From positions 263 to 64,262 of the forward strand of contig JAFSRD010000037.1 of assembly GCA_017446265.1 (NCBI GenBank): a stretch of DNA of 64,000 bases, in the 5' to 3' direction. The notes beneath the pieces were generated by a model, which saw only the letters and a program-made list of their open reading frames with translations, was not told the origin of the DNA and ran no database searches. Both the position numbers and the translations under genes were made by a program. The stretch comes from Treponema sp. GTDB lineage: Bacteria > Spirochaetota > Spirochaetia > Treponematales > Treponemataceae. Positions 17,685 through 27,626 of this stretch are shown here, in pieces. Within the stretch, counting starts at the first letter, position 1. Every line of letters begins with the position of its first letter.

Positions 17685-19241
17685 ATGGAAGATGATGTTG
17701 TTGTTGCCGTAACGGGCGGTACGGGGCACATGGGTTTTCAAGCTGTAAAAAAACTGCTTGAACTGCCGTTTGTAAAAATCAAACTCCTTGTGCGCCGCGA
17801 AAACAAAACGTTGCCGCGTCTCTTGCGTGAAGTTGGAGATGCGCGCAACAGAATTGCAGTTGTAAGCGGTTCGCTTGTAGACGAAAGAGCGCTTGCAGAA
17901 CTTGTGCGCGGCACTCAGTACGTTGTTCACATGGCGGCAGTCATTCCGCCGCTTTCAGATAAAAATCCTCGCCGTTCATACGAAGCGAACGAGCTTGGTG
18001 CAAAGAACATTGTCCGTGTAATTGAAGCAGTCAAAGAAAATCAGCCGAAGTTCATTGACGTAACGAGCGTTGCGCTGTACGGCAACCGCGACGAAAAGCA
18101 CTTGTGGGGGCGCGTGGGAGACCCGCTGCTCGTTTCGCCGTTCGATGTGTATTCTGCGAACAAGTTGCGCGGAGAGTTCGCGGTACTTGAATCAAATATT
18201 GCTAACTGGGCGGTGCTTCGTCAAAGTGCCATGATTTACCGCAGCATGCTCGACGGCAACGTGTCTGACGGGCTCATGTTCCACACTACGTTCAACGGAC
18301 CGCTTGAATGGGTTACTGACGAAGACAGTGGCGCGCTCATAAAAAGGATTATCGAAAAAGATTTGACAGAAGATTTGGGCAAAACGTTTTGGCGGCACGT
18401 GTTCAATATAGGCGCGCCTCATGAAAACCGCGTTACAGGATTTGAGACGCTCGACGAAGGTTTCAAATTGATAAACGGCAGTTCAAAAGATTTCTTTACA
18501 CCCGATTTCAACATTACGCGCAACTTCCACGGCATGTGGTACTACGATAGCGATGTCCTTGACAATATGTTCCATTACAAATCTCAAAAGCTGAATGACT
18601 ATTGGAAAGAAATTGGCAACTGCCACAAATACTACAAGCTTGCCTGTGTCGTTCCAGCCGCACTCATAAAAAAAATTGCGATTGAGCGGTTGTTCAAAAA
18701 TTACAATGCGCCGAAGTATTGGCTTTCGCACGGCGACAATGCAAAACTCACCGCATTTTTTGGAAGCGCAGACGCGTACAAAAATATGACAACCACGTGG
18801 AGCGAATTTCCGCTTTTGTGCGAAGGCAAACTGAGTGATGGCACGAGTGTCAACTACGAAAGTTTGAAAGATGTAAAAAATGCACGACTTCTTGACTACG
18901 GCTTTGATTTTGAAAAGCGCGACGAGGAAATCACGCTTGCAGATTTGCAGAACGTAGCGAAAATGCACGGCGGCGAATGTCTTGCGTCATCTTTTAAAAC
19001 AGGCGATGTTTACACACCTGTTAAATGGAAAACGCAAGACGCAGAGATTTTTTCTGCGCGCCCGTATTCTGTGTTGCGTGCAGGGCATTGGGTTAATCCC
19101 ATCTACAAAGACTACGTGTGGGATTTTGACCGCCTCGCAAAAAAAGATGCAATCTTTGCGCAGATTTGGTACGACACACACAGCAAAGACGAAAACTTTT
19201 GCTACTACTTTGACTCTGATTTTAAGGCGCACATGAAATGA
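17685..19241 (+). CDS. NAD(P)-dependent epimerase/dehydratase-family protein with a long C-terminal extension
   Basis: Rossmann motif VTGGTGHMG at the N-terminus and a YxxxK-type region (YSANK). About 200 extra C-terminal residues of unknown function. Confidence 0.8.
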   Translation: MEDDVVVAVTGGTGHMGFQAVKKLLELPFVKIKLLVRRENKTLPRLLREVGDARNRIAVVSGSLVDERALAELVRGTQYVVHMAAVIPPLSDKNPRRSYEANELGAKNIVRVIEAVKENQPKFIDVTSVALYGNRDEKHLWGRVGDPLLVSPFDVYSANKLRGEFAVLESNIANWAVLRQSAMIYRSMLDGNVSDGLMFHTTFNGPLEWVTDEDSGALIKRIIEKDLTEDLGKTFWRHVFNIGAPHENRVTGFETLDEGFKLINGSSKDFFTPDFNITRNFHGMWYYDSDVLDNMFHYKSQKLNDYWKEIGNCHKYYKLACVVPAALIKKIAIERLFKNYNAPKYWLSHGDNAKLTAFFGSADAYKNMTTTWSEFPLLCEGKLSDGTSVNYESLKDVKNARLLDYGFDFEKRDEEITLADLQNVAKMHGGECLASSFKTGDVYTPVKWKTQDAEIFSARPYSVLRAGHWVNPIYKDYVWDFDRLAKKDAIFAQIWYDTHSKDENFCYYFDSDFKAHMK

Positions 19242-20110
19242 AATTGTTGTTTTGCTATTACTCAGGCACAGGGCACACAAAGCGCATTGTTGATTTATAC
19301 AAAAAAAGTTTTGAGCAAAACGATGCAAGCGTTGACGCACACAATATTGAAAACGCTGCTTTTCCATTCAATGTTGCAGACTATGATGCCATAGGATTTT
19401 TTTATCCTGTGTATGCGTTCAACGCGCCGTGGTTTATGGTTGATTTTATCGCATCGCTTCCTGCACAAGTTGTGCCCAAAAATTGCTTTATCGCCGCATC
19501 TTCGGGCGAGCCGCTTGTCCTCAATTTTTCTTCGAGAAGCAAAATCCAAACGCTTTTGAAAAAGCGCAATTTTTGCATTACAAATCATTACAATTATGTA
19601 ATGCCGTACAACATCATGTTCCGCCACACTGACGAGCGCGCATATGCCATGATTGAAACGGCAAAGCAGCTTGTGCCGCTTGATGTGCAAGAAATCATTT
19701 CAGGCAAAAGCGTTGTGCTGCATCTTCCGATGATTTTCAGGTTTATCTCGTTTGTGTTCCGCATTGAGTTTTGGGGCGGGCGATTCAACGGAACATTTTA
19801 TCGCACAACAGATGCGTGCACAAAATGCGGGTTGTGCATTAAAAAATGTCCCGTGCACAACATTGCCGCCGCAAGCGACGGCAAGCCCGTGTTTGGTAAA
19901 AATTGCCTCATGTGCCAGCGGTGCTCAATGTACTGTCCCACAGATGCAATCATCATAGGGCTGTTCAACTCATGGAAAGTGCACGGGCGGTATACGTTTA
20001 AAAAACCTAGCGAGGCGGAAGTTGACACGCATCCGTTTTATTTGAGCGCATCCTACAAACGCTACTTTAAAAAGGCGGCAAAGCGAATAGCAGAAGCGAA
20101 TGAGAACTAA
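19238..20110 (+). CDS. flavodoxin-like / 2x[4Fe-4S] ferredoxin-domain protein (EFR1-type)
   Basis: CYYSGTGHTKR N-terminus plus CTKCGLCIKKCP and CLMCQRCSMYCP clusters. The start overlaps the previous stop (ATGA). Confidence 0.8.
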   Translation: MKLLFCYYSGTGHTKRIVDLYKKSFEQNDASVDAHNIENAAFPFNVADYDAIGFFYPVYAFNAPWFMVDFIASLPAQVVPKNCFIAASSGEPLVLNFSSRSKIQTLLKKRNFCITNHYNYVMPYNIMFRHTDERAYAMIETAKQLVPLDVQEIISGKSVVLHLPMIFRFISFVFRIEFWGGRFNGTFYRTTDACTKCGLCIKKCPVHNIAAASDGKPVFGKNCLMCQRCSMYCPTDAIIIGLFNSWKVHGRYTFKKPSEAEVDTHPFYLSASYKRYFKKAAKRIAEANEN

Positions 20111-20139
20111 AACTTGGCGTTATTAAGATTAAGAATTAT

Positions 20140-21042
20140 CTATTTTGCTTTTGATATGTTGATGTTTCCATCGCTTGTTTTTACGTCTACCAACGCCGCG
20201 CCATTTTTGTAGATGATGTTGCCATTTCCTTTTGCATTTGTGTTTGTGAAAGCGTCTTTGAGCCTGCCATTTTGAGCAGCGTAAGAAAGCGCGTAGCCGT
20301 CATTTTCTGGCAGCGTTATGTTGATTGAGCCGCTTTCGCTTTCAAAAAGCGCTTCCTGCACCATTTCAGTTGCCGAATACTGTATGGCGCCAGCTTGCGT
20401 TTTGATAAAAATGCGGTTGCAGGTTCCCGTGTAGCGCACAGCTCCATCTTTTGCAGTTGCACTCACTTTTGCTGCTGTTGCATCGCTGCATATGACTGCC
20501 CCCGATTCTGTTGCAAACTCTGCCGTAGTGAATGATGCGCCATCTATCATAATTCTGCCGCTTGTAGTCGTTGCTGCAAATGAGCTGCAGGAGAATTGCT
20601 GTGCGCTTATTGCACCGCTTGTTGTTTTTAGCGACATGATGAAATTATTAAATTCTCCTGCAAGATTTTTTGGCATCTTGATGTCAAGAGAAGTTTTGTC
20701 TTTGGAAGAAATTTCTTGCTCGTCTTCTGAAATGATAACCGCATCATCTTGTAAAATTGCATACGGTCTGTCGCGTTGGGCGCGATTTGAAGTGATGATG
20801 ATTTCAATGCGCCCTTCATCCCACACGGAAACTTTTAAGTCGCACGAAGTGACTGCTGCTTGAAGGCGCGCGATTCGGTCTGATTGAAAGAAAAATGTTT
20901 CGCTCGTTGGCTCCCCGCCTGTTTGCGAAGTTTTTGTTGTCGGTGTGCGAAACCCTGTTCGCGTTATTAAAAAGATTTCTACAGCAACTGCAAGTGCGAG
21001 CAGCCCTATTATGATAAGCGAATTTTTTGTGTTGTGAGTCAT
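20140..21042 (-). CDS. DUF4097-like beta-strand-repeat protein (putative adhesin fold), membrane anchored
   Basis: N-terminal TM helix (SLIIIGLLALAVAVEIFLI), then repetitive beta-rich segments. The start chosen at MTHNTK follows GGGAGA. Confidence 0.7.
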   Translation of the reverse strand: MTHNTKNSLIIIGLLALAVAVEIFLITRTGFRTPTTKTSQTGGEPTSETFFFQSDRIARLQAAVTSCDLKVSVWDEGRIEIIITSNRAQRDRPYAILQDDAVIISEDEQEISSKDKTSLDIKMPKNLAGEFNNFIMSLKTTSGAISAQQFSCSSFAATTTSGRIMIDGASFTTAEFATESGAVICSDATAAKVSATAKDGAVRYTGTCNRIFIKTQAGAIQYSATEMVQEALFESESGSINITLPENDGYALSYAAQNGRLKDAFTNTNAKGNGNIIYKNGAALVDVKTSDGNINISKAK

Positions 21043-21055
21043 GCTGCATCTCCCA

Positions 21056-22711
21056 TTATTTTGTTTGCGAAAGAAGTTTCGAAATGGCAAGCGCTCTGTT
21101 TCCTATTTTTCCAATATTGCGCACTAAATCAATATAAAGCAACTCTGATTTTACATTGACGCCGCTTTCAAGGCGTTTGCGTGCACGTTCTTTGAGCGTT
21201 TTTCTGATTGTAACAATTTGCGTTCTGAGGCTGTTTGCAAATTCTAGTTTTTCTTTGCCCAAGCGTTTATTAATATTGATATGAATAAACTGCAAAAATT
21301 GGCGCGCGAGCTCCATATATGGAATGATGTCATCTAAATCTTCTTGCGGGAATGACATTTTTTTTGAAATGCTTTCTTGCAACAGCGAGCCAATGTCAAG
21401 ACAGTCGTCAGACATAGTTTCAACTTCATCAACGATTTGCAACATAATCGACAGATTGTTCAACTGTCTCTCGGTTGCAGGGAGATGCTCGCATTGCACA
21501 ATGTAGTGGGCAAGTTGTTCGTACATTTGATTTATATAATCTTCCGCTTGCTTGAGTTGCACAAAGTGTGTATCTGTGAACGATTGGTCCCTATGCGTAA
21601 ATCCAATCTGGATATGGTCGAACATCTCTGATATAATATCACACATGTCTGCAATCTCTTTTTCTGTGCGGATAATTCCTATTGCTGCGTTTCCTTTGAT
21701 TTCTGAAATTGGTTCAAGATGATATTCGTGCTGCAACTCGTTTTTATTCGGCTTAATGACTTTCTCCACGAGTGCGACAACTTGATTGACAAACGGAATG
21801 AACATGAGTGCGGTGAGCATATTGAACGTTGTATGTATCATGGCGATGTGGTACGTGATGTTGCTTTCAACTGGACCAGGAACGAGAAAATCGACGAGTG
21901 CAAGCAGCGGATTGAAAAAAATGAGCGCAAGAATTGTGCCGACAACATTGAACATGACGTGAATAAAACACGCGCGCCGTGCGTTTGCTTTTGTGCCAAA
22001 CGCGGCTAGTATTGCGTCAATCGTAGAGCCTATGTTGCTGCCGATTACCATTGCACATGAAAATTCCCACGAGAGCAAACCGCTGTATGCCATTGTAATG
22101 ACGATTGCAGTGAGCGCGCTCGACGAGTGAAGCAGCGCAGTGAGCATAATGCCGCTTGCTACTGCGATTATGATTGAAAGAATCGCCACGTGCTGAAATT
22201 TTGTTAAAAATGAAAGCGCATTTGGGTCCTGAAAAGTGATTGTTTCGGAGAGCATTGAAAGGCCAACGAACAAAAGCGCAAACCCCATAATCGCTTCGCC
22301 GAGATTTTGTTGCCGCAGTCTTTTTGTAATCGTGAGCAAAAAGCCTAATCCAAAAATTGGCACTGCGAATGCCTCGATGTTAAAATTAAAACCGAACAGC
22401 GCAACAATCCAGGCAGTAATTGTGGTGCCTATGTTTGCACCGAATATTACGCCTGCTGATTGTGCCAGTGTGATGAGCCCTGCGTTTACGAATGAAACGA
22501 CCATCACTGTAGTTGCGCCGGATGACTGCACAAGCATAGTTATTACAACGCCGGTGAGCATTGCAATAAATCTGTTGCCGGTCATAAAACCGAGCGCGCT
22601 CTGGAGTTTTTCGCCCGCACTTTTTTGAATGCCGTTGCTCATCAGCGACATGCCGTATAAAAGAAATCCAAGGCTGCCGATGAGTTGCAAAGTTGTGTTT
22701 ATAATATGCAC
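21056..22711 (-). CDS. Na+/phosphate cotransporter family protein with PhoU-like C-terminal domain
   Basis: ..GSLGFLLYGMSLMSNGIQKSAGEKL.. is a typical NptA N-terminus. GTG at 22711 is preferred, because the 606-aa track ORF would extend across the divergent gene's promoter and start. Confidence 0.85.
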   Translation of the reverse strand: MHIINTTLQLIGSLGFLLYGMSLMSNGIQKSAGEKLQSALGFMTGNRFIAMLTGVVITMLVQSSGATTVMVVSFVNAGLITLAQSAGVIFGANIGTTITAWIVALFGFNFNIEAFAVPIFGLGFLLTITKRLRQQNLGEAIMGFALLFVGLSMLSETITFQDPNALSFLTKFQHVAILSIIIAVASGIMLTALLHSSSALTAIVITMAYSGLLSWEFSCAMVIGSNIGSTIDAILAAFGTKANARRACFIHVMFNVVGTILALIFFNPLLALVDFLVPGPVESNITYHIAMIHTTFNMLTALMFIPFVNQVVALVEKVIKPNKNELQHEYHLEPISEIKGNAAIGIIRTEKEIADMCDIISEMFDHIQIGFTHRDQSFTDTHFVQLKQAEDYINQMYEQLAHYIVQCEHLPATERQLNNLSIMLQIVDEVETMSDDCLDIGSLLQESISKKMSFPQEDLDDIIPYMELARQFLQFIHININKRLGKEKLEFANSLRTQIVTIRKTLKERARKRLESGVNVKSELLYIDLVRNIGKIGNRALAISKLLSQTK

Positions 22712-22795
22712 GCTCGTATTATATAAAATAACTGCGTTCTTTTCAAGAAACAGAAAAACCGTTATAATAACAAAAGTTTTTTGTAACGGTGAAAT

Positions 22796-23575
22796 ATGAG
22801 CGTTAATAAAGCAATAATTTTTGTAATTTTGACAATATGCAGTTTTTCTTTTTTTTCGTGCAACGACAAAAAACATACAGTTGCAGTTGAGATTTTTTCA
22901 GAAGCTGTTTCAACAGAACTTGCGGAAGACGGTGCAAAAAATCTTGAGCAAAAAACGCAGACATGGCATGTTTCAAACGACTGCATTTGCATACTGTTTG
23001 GTTATGGTTACAACGACGCGCAGTTTGTTTCTTCAATGACGGAAACGCTTTTTGGATTGTACGGTTCGTCTGACGATGGCGGCCTCATTTTGCCACTCGT
23101 GTTTCCCGATGATTTTAAACGTGGTTCGCGTTCTATTGCCGCAGAACTGCCGCTTTTTGTGAGCGATAAAAATCTTCGCGGCATTATTTTGCTCGGCGCG
23201 CCTGAGAACACGCATTTTGGTCTTGCGCATGTACAAGACAGTTTTGACGGCGTTCCTGCATTTCCCATTTTTTCTTTTTTCCCTCAAGACGATGTCTCTG
23301 GCATGGAGGGCACGGCAGACATTGTGCTTGACAAAGCGCAATCTGCAAATATAGACGGCATGGTTGGGCTTGAAGCAGAACAGACGTTTGTAAAAGAAGT
23401 GCCCGATTTTGTAAAAAACTCTGTCGCATATATGCTTGCCATTGACGCGCCGTTGGCAAAAAACAGCGATTTGCTTGCGCATTTGCAACGTATCGTAGGC
23501 CGTGCCTCTGTGCGCCGCTACGTTGACCCGCAAACGGGATTGCAGTCAATCAATCACTTTATTTTGGCAGAGTGA
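22796..23575 (+). CDS. hypothetical lipoprotein
   Basis: Signal peptide with a Cys (ILTICSFSFFSC). No recognisable domain. Confidence 0.75.
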   Translation: MSVNKAIIFVILTICSFSFFSCNDKKHTVAVEIFSEAVSTELAEDGAKNLEQKTQTWHVSNDCICILFGYGYNDAQFVSSMTETLFGLYGSSDDGGLILPLVFPDDFKRGSRSIAAELPLFVSDKNLRGIILLGAPENTHFGLAHVQDSFDGVPAFPIFSFFPQDDVSGMEGTADIVLDKAQSANIDGMVGLEAEQTFVKEVPDFVKNSVAYMLAIDAPLAKNSDLLAHLQRIVGRASVRRYVDPQTGLQSINHFILAE

Positions 23576-23624
23576 TTTTAATGCGTGAACTATTTTTGCG
23601 CATAGTGATAGCGGGCAGTTTAAA

Positions 23625-24338
23625 ATGATAACAACGTTTAAACAATGTGAACATGATTTGCTCGGCTCACCGCGAGAAATTGTGCAGCTTGCGCAAAAAG
23701 AAAGCGCGCGTATTCTTGTCGTTTCGGATTCTCATGGGCAGCATGCGCTTTTAAAAAATATACTTGAGCATATGGGCGCTTCATGCGATGCGTTTGTGTT
23801 TTGCGGAGACGGCATTGGCGATGTTGTTTCATGTTTTGACTGCGCGTATGACGACAGTGTGTTTGCGCAATGTGTGCCGCCTGTTGCAGCGTTTGTAAAA
23901 GGCAATGGAGATGCTGACAGATTTCCCGCAGTGTTCAATCCAAGTAAAAATGAAAAGGCACACAAGCGAGCTGCGTATTATGAGTTGGCAGTTCCGCGCA
24001 GCCAGCTTTTGACGGCGGCGCATCGCACTATTTTTATAGCGCACGGTCACGAGTTTGGCGCATATTGCGGAACAGACGCTCTTGCAGAGGCTGCAAAAAA
24101 AGCGGGTGCCTGTGTTGTGCTGTACGGGCACACGCATATAGCAGCCGAAACGCAAGCGGGCGTGTACCTTGCAAATCCCGGCAGCATAACGTATCCACGA
24201 GCGGGAACGCCGCCATCGTTTGCAATTTTAGAGCTTGGTCAAAATTTTATCAATGCAATCTTTTATAAGATTGAAATGCAACTGCGCGGCGTGCGCTTTA
24301 CGCCGTTTGCACCAAAGAAAACGTCCCTGTGGCATTGA
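23625..24338 (+). CDS. YfcE/MJ0936-type metallophosphoesterase
   Basis: Motifs VVSDSHG, CGDG, GNGD and GHTH. Confidence 0.85.
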   Translation: MITTFKQCEHDLLGSPREIVQLAQKESARILVVSDSHGQHALLKNILEHMGASCDAFVFCGDGIGDVVSCFDCAYDDSVFAQCVPPVAAFVKGNGDADRFPAVFNPSKNEKAHKRAAYYELAVPRSQLLTAAHRTIFIAHGHEFGAYCGTDALAEAAKKAGACVVLYGHTHIAAETQAGVYLANPGSITYPRAGTPPSFAILELGQNFINAIFYKIEMQLRGVRFTPFAPKKTSLWH

Positions 24339-24368
24339 CGAGCAGGGGCGTGGCGAAACTGTGCAGGT

Positions 24369-25040
24369 TTAATTTTCTGAAAGCAGAAAGCCGTAATAGT
24401 CGTGGCCAGGATACACACGCGTGTTGTGCGGCAGCGTTTCTTTGAGCATGAGCAAACTTTTGTGTATTGTCGCCTCATCGCCACCGTATAAATCCGTTCT
24501 GCCGTAGCTACGGTAAAAAACAGTATCACCTGAAATAAGTTCGCCGCGCTTCGCATTGTACAAGCACGACGAACCTGTAGAGTGGCCGGGCGTATGCAAT
24601 ATTTTCCATTGTGAAAGAGCTGCTGCAATTTCGGCATCATGTTCGTCTGAAAATACAGCATCAAGCGTTTCTCCGCCTGCAATTGTTTTATCTGCGCTCG
24701 GCATATCTTGAAACGCAACTGCAAGTTGCCTCAATCCGAAAAAAGCTGCTTGCGCCTCTGACGAGAGCATATGCGCTTCGCTTTTGTGAACTGCGATTGC
24801 GCAGTCGGGAAACGCTTCTTTTAGAGCAGCAAGACCGGTGATGTGGTCAAAGTGGCTGTGCGTGAGGAATATGCCCGCGGGACGCTTTTTGTGCTCATCA
24901 AGCCAACCAGTAATTTTTGCTTCGTCGTCGGTGAACGCGCATGCTGCCGGGTCAACGATAAGCACAGCGTTTTTTGCAAGCGGCACAATGTACGTGTTCA
25001 CGCCGAGCGGCCCTGTGTTTAAAACAACGAGCGATTCCAT
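24369..25040 (-). CDS. MBL-fold metallo-hydrolase (glyoxalase II-like)
   Basis: THSHFDH motif and downstream His/Asp ligands. Confidence 0.88.
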   Translation of the reverse strand: MESLVVLNTGPLGVNTYIVPLAKNAVLIVDPAACAFTDDEAKITGWLDEHKKRPAGIFLTHSHFDHITGLAALKEAFPDCAIAVHKSEAHMLSSEAQAAFFGLRQLAVAFQDMPSADKTIAGGETLDAVFSDEHDAEIAAALSQWKILHTPGHSTGSSCLYNAKRGELISGDTVFYRSYGRTDLYGGDEATIHKSLLMLKETLPHNTRVYPGHDYYGFLLSEN

Positions 25041-25043
25041 GCG

Positions 25044-25832
25044 TTATACCAAAAAATCGCCATTTTGCCCCTGCCCGGTTACATGGTTTGGAGAAGCAAA
25101 CGGCTCTTTATCTGCGGCTGCTTTTTCCGCCGCTGCATATGCTTTTGCGTCTTCTGATGTTTCATGTTGATTTACAAAACGATTTTCATATGCATCTGGA
25201 AGAGCTGTCTCATCGTCGCTCTTTTGTCGCGAATAACTTACTGCGAGTTTTCGTCCGCGATAATCATAGTTGTTTAGTGCAGCAATCGCTTTTTCAGCAT
25301 CGTCTTTAAAGAGTTGCACAAATGAATAATTTGCCAACACGCGAATATCGCCTATTCTGTCGCGCTCAAGTCCTGCTACGTTTACTAAAATGCCGACAAG
25401 ATCGCGCGGATATACGCGTCTGTTGCGTCCAATGCTGATGAATATGGTCGCTGCAAGCGATTCGTCAATTTGTACGCGCGTATGGGATTCTGCATGAGGT
25501 TCGTCAAATGTGTTTTCTGTATGCGCATCTTTTTGGTGCATATCGCGTGAGGCGCGTTCATGTTGAGAAAACCCGTTATGTGCGGCAGAGTACGACATTT
25601 TGTTGCTGCGTGCTGCAGTACGGTTGAACTGCCCGTATCTTCGCGTCTGTGCTTCTTTGACAAGATACGCTGCAACATACATTCGCTTTGAAAGCGGTAT
25701 TGTCTGCTTAAATGTTTTTTTTAGGTCGTTAAGAAGGTCAGGATTTTCCTGTGTCATCACTTTGTTGAGAGCCTCTTTAAGAAAAATTTTTACTTGTTCA
25801 AAATCAATTTCTGCGTCATGATTTAAAGACAT
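25044..25832 (-). CDS. DbpA RNA-binding-domain protein (no helicase core)
   Basis: C-terminal ..IFISIGRNRRVYPRDLVGILVNVAGLERDRIGDIRVLANYSFVQL.. matches the DbpA/DeaD C-terminal RNA-binding domain. Confidence 0.75.
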   Translation of the reverse strand: MSLNHDAEIDFEQVKIFLKEALNKVMTQENPDLLNDLKKTFKQTIPLSKRMYVAAYLVKEAQTRRYGQFNRTAARSNKMSYSAAHNGFSQHERASRDMHQKDAHTENTFDEPHAESHTRVQIDESLAATIFISIGRNRRVYPRDLVGILVNVAGLERDRIGDIRVLANYSFVQLFKDDAEKAIAALNNYDYRGRKLAVSYSRQKSDDETALPDAYENRFVNQHETSEDAKAYAAAEKAAADKEPFASPNHVTGQGQNGDFLV

Positions 25833-25852
25833 GGTGCTACTCCTGTAAAAAA

Positions 25853-26728
25853 TTAATAAAGTTTTGCTGCAAATCCCGCACTTGTTTTTTCAAAACCGTT
25901 GCACGCAAGCAGCGGTGTAAGTGAGTCGGGGAAAATAGTATTTGCAATCAAAACATACTGAACGCCGCGCCTTTTAAGGTCAGAGAGGCACATTGAAAAA
26001 AGCTCGCTTCCAATGCCTAGCCCACGGTACGTTTCAGTGACAAAAAAGCTTGTCAGGACAGCTGTTTTCTCCGTAAGTGAAGAAGCCGTAATGCATCCGA
26101 CAAAATCTCCTGTTAATGCGTGACATATGAATCCGGTTTGGCATAAAGAATCGCCATATTCAAAAAAGTGCTTCCACAATTTTGAGGCGGCAATATGCAC
26201 TTCTTCCGGCATAGTGTCATTACATTCTGTTGCGCGCTGAAGAATGCTGTCTTTGTCCTTTGCAGAGACGTATTCTTGAAACGTAAAATCATTGTGCACT
26301 AAATCATCGTTTTCTTCGTATAAATAATCTAGCTTTTCAAGTCCCCAGATTTCGCGCAAACTGTTATACCATTCGCCGATATATTCATACATCTTTTTAT
26401 TTTTAAAACGATGCCATGTTTTCTCGACTTCAGGATGCACACGTAGTGCATTTTTGAAATTCTTGAATACCCCCCTTCCAGAATGAAGCGCATTCTGCAA
26501 CGCTTTTTGTGCCAGCGGCGAGTGAAGATTTTTTACGAATTCTTCACGTAATTTAAAACCTGCGGCAGAATCCCATTCTGGCAATGCATAATATATTTCT
26601 TCATCGGCTTGCGCATGCGCTGCATTGACAAGCGACGCACGCTTTGCATCAATCAAAAATCGTTCTTCTTGATTCTCAAGTGCAGTGGCGATTGCATTTG
26701 CAAGTTCGCCAGTCAAGTCGAACGTCAT
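25853..26728 (-). CDS. GNAT-family N-acetyltransferase with an N-terminal helical domain
   Basis: C-terminal ..FFVTETYRGLGIGSELF.. acetyl-CoA-binding motif. Confidence 0.8.
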   Translation of the reverse strand: MTFDLTGELANAIATALENQEERFLIDAKRASLVNAAHAQADEEIYYALPEWDSAAGFKLREEFVKNLHSPLAQKALQNALHSGRGVFKNFKNALRVHPEVEKTWHRFKNKKMYEYIGEWYNSLREIWGLEKLDYLYEENDDLVHNDFTFQEYVSAKDKDSILQRATECNDTMPEEVHIAASKLWKHFFEYGDSLCQTGFICHALTGDFVGCITASSLTEKTAVLTSFFVTETYRGLGIGSELFSMCLSDLKRRGVQYVLIANTIFPDSLTPLLACNGFEKTSAGFAAKLY

Positions 26729-26731
26729 ATT

Positions 26732-27379
26732 TTATTTAGCGCGCTGTGAAAGCGCGGCAATATCTGCACGAGTTTTAATAACGTTGCTTATAAGCCCGTA
26801 TTGTTTTGCTGCTTCTGCATCAAGCCAGTGGTCTCGGTCGGTGTCTTTTTCCACTTGCTCAACAGGCGTGCCTGTTTCATCAGCAATGATTTTGTTGAGC
26901 TTTGCATGTGTTTTTGCAAGTTCTTTTGCGTGAATTTCTATGTCAGTGGCAACGCCTTTCATGCCGCTCATAGGCTGATGTATGAGGTAATGGCTGTTCG
27001 GCAATCCGACGCGCCTGTCTTTTGGCACCGCAAGCAGTACGAGTGCCGCTGCGCTTGCAATTAACCCCATGCCGATGAGTACAACAGGCGCTTTAATAAA
27101 TCGAATCATGTCAAAAATTGCAAAGCCTGCATCAACATCGCCACCAGGTGAGTCTATATACACATAGATAGTTTTTTTGTCGCTGTCAGCTTCAAGCACG
27201 AGCAGTTGCCGTACAATTTTATCTGCCAAATCTTTGTTGATTTCTCCTGATAAAATTATCTGCCGCGTTTTCAAGAATTTTTCAGCAAGCGGGTCGGGCA
27301 TTTGCGCTATTTTTTTCTTTTCATCGTCGTCGTCGTCACAAAACGGCGCACTATACATATACTTCATGAATAACTCCAA
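26732..27379 (-). CDS. clpP: ATP-dependent Clp protease proteolytic subunit
   Basis: ClpP-family motifs (IDSPGG, IHQPMSG, RDHWLDAEAAKQYGLI). Unusual acidic DDDDDE run near the N-terminus. Confidence 0.92.
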   Translation of the reverse strand: MELFMKYMYSAPFCDDDDDEKKKIAQMPDPLAEKFLKTRQIILSGEINKDLADKIVRQLLVLEADSDKKTIYVYIDSPGGDVDAGFAIFDMIRFIKAPVVLIGMGLIASAAALVLLAVPKDRRVGLPNSHYLIHQPMSGMKGVATDIEIHAKELAKTHAKLNKIIADETGTPVEQVEKDTDRDHWLDAEAAKQYGLISNVIKTRADIAALSQRAK

Positions 27380-27626
27380 GTATTCGATATATTAACATAA
27401 TACTGCATGAGCGCAAGATTGACAAGGCAATAGACCTATTTGAAAACTTCGTTATCAAATAGGCAACACATGCGTGCACGTGTAACTTTTATATGGGAAA
27501 GGTACGTAACCTTGCTGGAATAGCGCACAAAAATAAAAAAAATTACAAAAAGTCTAACGTTTTTTGAAAAAATGTGATATACTAATATATTATAGTTGAC
27601 TGCTTTTTAGCAGCACAGGAGTATGT

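Noticed and set aside
22712-22876. Long N-terminal extension of the Na/Pi transporter ORF (606-aa version)
   Set aside because: It would overlap the start and promoter of the divergent lipoprotein gene. The extension has no similarity to transporter N-termini, and the family-typical N-terminus begins right after GTG 22711.
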